Below, one piece after another: positions 59,131-64,000 of a stretch of 64,000 nucleotides of DNA. How positions within the stretch are numbered: the first letter of the stretch is position 1; every line of letters begins with the position of its first letter. The stretch is from Alloascoidea hylecoeti (Eukaryota). A program made the translations under genes and the position numbers. The DNA lies in the NCBI GenBank assembly GCA_001600815.1, contig BCKZ01000017.1:473970-537969 (forward strand), in the 5' to 3' direction. Under the pieces are notes generated by a model. That model was not told where the DNA came from. It saw only the letters and a program-made list of their open reading frames with translations, and searched no databases.

Positions 59131-62100
59131 TGTTTCCAAACCTAATATGTATAATAAGATCGTAAAGATCCTTTCAAATGTTCCCAAAGCTATTGAATAT
59201 GATTTCCATTTATTCTGAACTGAGATAGTAGCTCTTATTTAATTTTCAGTCTGCTCTACATCAGCACTATTGTTATCAACATCTTTTCCATTGACATTGG
59301 CTGTGTTAGGAGAATTACCCATCCCCCATTTGTTCAATTTTTAGTTCTCCCGCTTTTTGATAATAACCATTAGTTAGAGCTTTGATCTTTATGAAGCCCC
59401 GACTCAATATCGTTAAATTTCTCATCTCCTCTTCTAAATATTTTCTTAAATTGAAGTAGTATTAAATAGTTAGCGTTTTTTTAGCACTAACCATAGATTT
59501 GCAGCATTGATACTGTTTGATACTCGATCAGCGGCTATAAGAAGTATCTGACCGGAAGCATGGCCTACTACAAGCAACAAAATTACCAGTCCAATATGGT
59601 TTAAAATCATTTCTTTTTTGGATCTTGGCCAAAAAAAATTATATTGAGGAAAAAGGAAATCTTTTTAAAACTTCAAACCATTATGCTCCAATATTGCGAA
59701 ATACATTATTTTATATTCACTGCCACAGATCATCCTTTTTCATTATAAAAAAATAGCAGTTGAAGGACGAATTCCTGACTGGTTTCCATATTTATAACGC
59801 ATTGTCCCTTCCGATATATTTCTTCTTGGCAATATATATTGAGCTCTCATATATATTCATGGAAGGTCATGACTTAAAATAGTTATATATAAATAATTAT
59901 ACACAGTCATGTTGTACCAGTATATGGTTCGATTGGACTTGACCAGCTCATGCTAAAAGGAGAGCAGATATGCTTAGTTAGAGGAGGAATAAAGTAAGTA
60001 AGAAGCTAAGAATGAATCCCAAAGAGTATAATCACAGAGATGTTTATAAGCATTGTTAATAATAACAGGAATTCACAAAAAATTATAATATAACAGCTTT
60101 TGCGACAATCTGTGAGCCGATTAGTGCAACCCCCGCTCACTAATATTATGTCTCACTATATGAAGATTATTTCCAGATTATACGGATCTCAAAAAGAATC
60201 TTGAAAACAATATATATTAATTCATGTAATATAATGGTAACTAATCACCAGTCACAATAAATTCGACCAGAAAAGTTTATCAAGAGGAAATTAACTCATA
60301 CTGCTGAGGTGAATCCAGTTATCAAAAGATAACTGACCGCCATACCATTTATGAATACTAATATTAAGACAAGTAACGTAATCCAAAAGGAAACGTCTAA
60401 ATTTGGGGTCATTCATGTGACGAAATATATTGATGCAGAGTATGAACTCAAGAGCACCGTAATAATGAATGTTTAGCTTTACGCAGCAACGAAATCATAA
60501 TTATTTATGTGTCGAATTTAGAGTCTCAAGTATATGAATTAACATATTAAAGCCAAATAGCTGAATAAGGTCTCACCAAGACAAACATTTATTAACTTTC
60601 AATATACTGCAAAGACACACTAGTGACTAAATCTTCCCTCCAGCACGGGTATTTCAAATTTGAAAAGCTTCAATAATAGTTCACAAATTCCTTATCCACA
60701 ACTATTATATCCACCACATGCATGTCAATATATCTTCACTACGGTTATAACATAACGTATTAAGTAGCTTATACCATATATATATATATATATATATTAT
60801 TTGTTTGTATTTCAAGAGAATAAGGGCTTAGCCTAAGCTTTCAATTAGTTTATGCCAATTGAGGGATTTTCTTACCGTTTTCTTCTTAAGAAATTGGTGA
60901 ATGACATTGAATCAGTCTCTATGTGTTATTCATAGCTATAAACCATGTGGAACCGGAGTATAAATGCTTGCACAATTCGCTTACCGAATATATGCAAATG
61001 AACATGTTGAGTCAAGGAGTATATTGTGCAATATTAAGCGATATAGGCATAAGGTTAGTTTATATAATTATAGCAGGTTTATCATGTTCCTATGCAAGTG
61101 TGACATACATGTATACCAGGTCAAATCTAAAGTTGTGCTGTCTACGCACTCCAAAGAATTCCCGAAAAACCTATTCCAAAGCATGAAAATAAGACATGTA
61201 AGAGACATTTTCTGAATGAGAATTTTGAGAAGAACCAAGAAAAAAAAAGATATGGTATAGGGGTGTAAAGATAAAATGGTGATATGGAGTGGTCTCAGTA
61301 GTAAGTACACTTTGGATTCAGTGACGAATGTTTTATCATTATAATTACAAGATCTAGATCCGGACAAATTATTGACAGTCATGTCAAACCTTAGACCCCA
61401 TAACATTTGAAATTTAAGGAAGTGTGGCTATATAGGTCTTGTGGCCCGGCACGATATTTGGAATGGAGGTTGTGCTTCACTCTCTAAAGAGTGGTTGTGG
61501 ATCCTAGTAATGAATTTCTGGTAGAGAGTGACAGCTGTTTATGGCATTAAGGGAGCTAATACTAAATAATAAATTTAAAATTTCCTATTATGTAGACTAG
61601 TAGGATCATTAAAATATAAACTGGAACATTATTCACCATTTCAAGAACAGCTTAAAGTTTTTTAGAGCCCTTTGTATAGATAATTCGATTTTTTAAAGAA
61701 ACTCGCGATCGCTTTCGTGGACTTCGAAGAAGCGAATATCCGGATCTAATAAATGAATTAAGAATTAGTTCATATCAATCTTAATAATATAAAGCATAAC
61801 AGGTTATGACTCCAAAATGGTCGGTAGTTTAGATCAACAGGTTATAATTATTAATCATTTTTAGCAGAAAAAGAGCGCAACTTTAGACTTTTCCAGTTTT
61901 ATGTCTCACTTGCATGAGAATGGCAAACCGGTTGCAACTACTTATATGGGCTTATAACGATTAAAATTGGGCGATGAGCACTATTATATCTGAGTTGTAA
62001 TGTTCATGTGCATATTCTAGATCCATAAGTTATGCTAGGAGTTTCGATATTTCTAAGGTTTTGCAACCTATTACCATAAACTGTGGATTCTGCAACCATT

Positions 62101-63123
62101 TGTGGATTATTGCAGTTTTATAATTAGAGATTATATGATATTTAATACTATTTATAGCCAGAAAATATTTATATAATTGAAATGTTTCACTACATCTACA
62201 GTGATTCTACACCAATTTAAATTTTTATATGGTGACCTTTTACTGTCCTGTGATAGTAGTTACAGTGGGTAAGAGTTTTTGACATCAGTCTGGTCCTCTG
62301 GAGGTCTTTTCAGACTCTGGGTATTCCCAAAGCTACCTAGAGAGTGCAAAAATGGGAAGCAAATAAGTAAGGTTTTCAATGATCCAGCCCCACTTAATCA
62401 ATTGAGTTTTCAGCACCCTTATACACTGTTTTAAACTATAATACATATTTGTATATGTTCCTGGTTAAATACTTGAATAATTATGTATAATCATAAATAA
62501 ATAACATTAAGGTGCATTATTATTCGAGCTCAAGCGAGTTCTTGAGATGATGCTTTAAGCTTGCAATTGACTTTTATTACCATTTTTGTAGCTATATACG
62601 GGGTTCTCCATCTTAAACAAGAAGTAAATTTTCTCATTTAAACTAAATTGTAGTTAACTTGAATCTATTCTAGAACTTTAATATGTGAATTCTTATTTGA
62701 TAATCAAGGGTTTATTAAAATTTCAAAAGGTGAGGACGTTTCATTATATCAATGGAACATTACGTTCCATCACTTATAAATTAACTTATGTAAAAGCTTA
62801 TATAGAGGATAATATTTATATGTAATGTAAGCCATATACATTCTTTCGCTGTGATGGGCTTTGTTCAGGCGAAATATATTTGTTATTTAATGTTTTTGAA
62901 TACAAATTTTCATTTCCCTTGCAATTGTAGATTGATCTATCACCCCTTTTTGTGGGTGTGCTTGTGCTGAGTGCAGAACGTTCCGAGCCTCCAATGGACC
63001 TGAGTCCTGACCGAACAGCTCGACACTATAATCTATTTTAATTATGTGTGTTGTGGAAATAAACCGTTTTGATACAAGGAATCCTTTCTTCGTGCGTCTT
63101 AGCGGGTGAAAGCCAATTACTAT

Positions 63124-63420
63124 TTAAACTTCATTGTAACCTTCAAAAGCATGGATTAAATGTAGATATTCCAGCGTGTTCCCTACTTGTTTTGAGTCAT
63201 TAAAGTATCTACGGTGAAGTTCGGTCACGCTCATAGGCGTACTCCTTTCAAAAAGCATAATGGTTGACGGACAACTCTTGCAGTTTTCCTCTTCGCATAT
63301 TTCATCAAGTTCGTCAATTATATATGGGTAATATCCGAGATTCAAATGTGAATTTTGAAGAATAAGATTGAAAGAAGTTCAACATGGGAAAATTCTGGGC
63401 TCTATTCCATTAGCAATTCT
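63124..63420 (-). other. Short coding-like fragment of unknown origin
   Basis: LGYYPYIIDELDEICEEENCKSCPSTIMLFERSTPMSVTELHRRYF; no ATG start. Confidence 0.25.
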
Positions 63421-64000
63421 TTATCTACCATAAGTTCATTGTTTGCCACAACTCTCTTTGTTACTTTACGGGTAGCGTGACCTACTTTTTACATTTGAGG
63501 ATATATTATGAAGGAGATATCAGGACGGTAATAATTATATGGTCATGGTTCAAATCCTAGTAATCCTAGTATGCATTCTTTATGCATCTCTTGGAGAGGT
63601 TGTGGAACAACATTTAAAATGTTGTATGCTATATAAGATAATGATTGTGGATGCATATGACAATTCAAATGTTGTATATAGTATAATGACGTAAATTTAA
63701 GCTATCTAATACTCTCAACAGACCCCAGGGTCGAATTTTGGTTTTATATACGCGTGCGTATATCTTCATGGTAAAATGGTAAAATAAAAGAAGAGCGTTG
63801 CAGTTATACAGTAAGAATGTTTTATAATATATAATCCTTAAGCTTATTAATCATATAATGATCACGACACATATATTTATAAACTAGATCTTTAGAGTTA
63901 GTGTTAATATATATATGCTTGTAAGTGAATATTTGATTGGGGGGCTTCAATTGCAATTAAAATTTTGGATGATACTGTTGAGAAATGTTTGGTGAAGTTT

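Noticed and set aside
60900..61500. Short ORFs with faint copia RNase H-like resemblance
   Set aside because: No diagnostic motif; cannot be supported by eye
63548..63558. GGTTCAAATCC B-box-like tRNA motif
   Set aside because: No acceptor, D or anticodon stems could be folded around it
1..64000. CRISPR arrays, prokaryotic systems, CUG-Ser recoding
   Set aside because: Eukaryotic intron-containing DNA with no repeat-spacer array; CTG falls at conserved Leu positions (PWP2 FSNLLG, THR4 DLKSLI)

Overview
AT-rich nuclear DNA from a budding yeast (Saccharomycotina). Short GT-AG introns with (A/G)CTAAC branch points, U2SURP, FAD2, DUF2434 and GH20 genes suggest an early-diverging lineage; CTG reads as Leu at conserved positions. 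The left part is a housekeeping block: U2SURP, MRPL50, THR4, MPP6, PWP2, CTR86/ataxin-10, YIH1, TAH1/RPAP3-like and a YCR023C-like MFS. It continues with a spliced 39-aa PMP1 microgene missed by the ORF track, eIF5A, SDS3, a GH20 hexosaminidase and DUF2434. From about 33 kb the window is an accessory, transposon-scarred zone. It holds four copies of an intronless F-box/WD40 family (one intact, three dead), a solo LTR with a 5-bp TSD, copia remnants, several MITE/foldback hairpins and orphan pseudogenes. Conserved genes are interspersed there: FAD2, a BAT-type aminotransferase, a GPI wall protein, and a divergent HSV2/SCD5 pair on a GC-rich island. The best candidate for an undescribed system is the rapidly turning-over F-box/WD40 family, with its shared promoter module and a neighbouring orphan 'PPNPYG' family. 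Gene identities come from motifs recognised by eye; no database searches were run.
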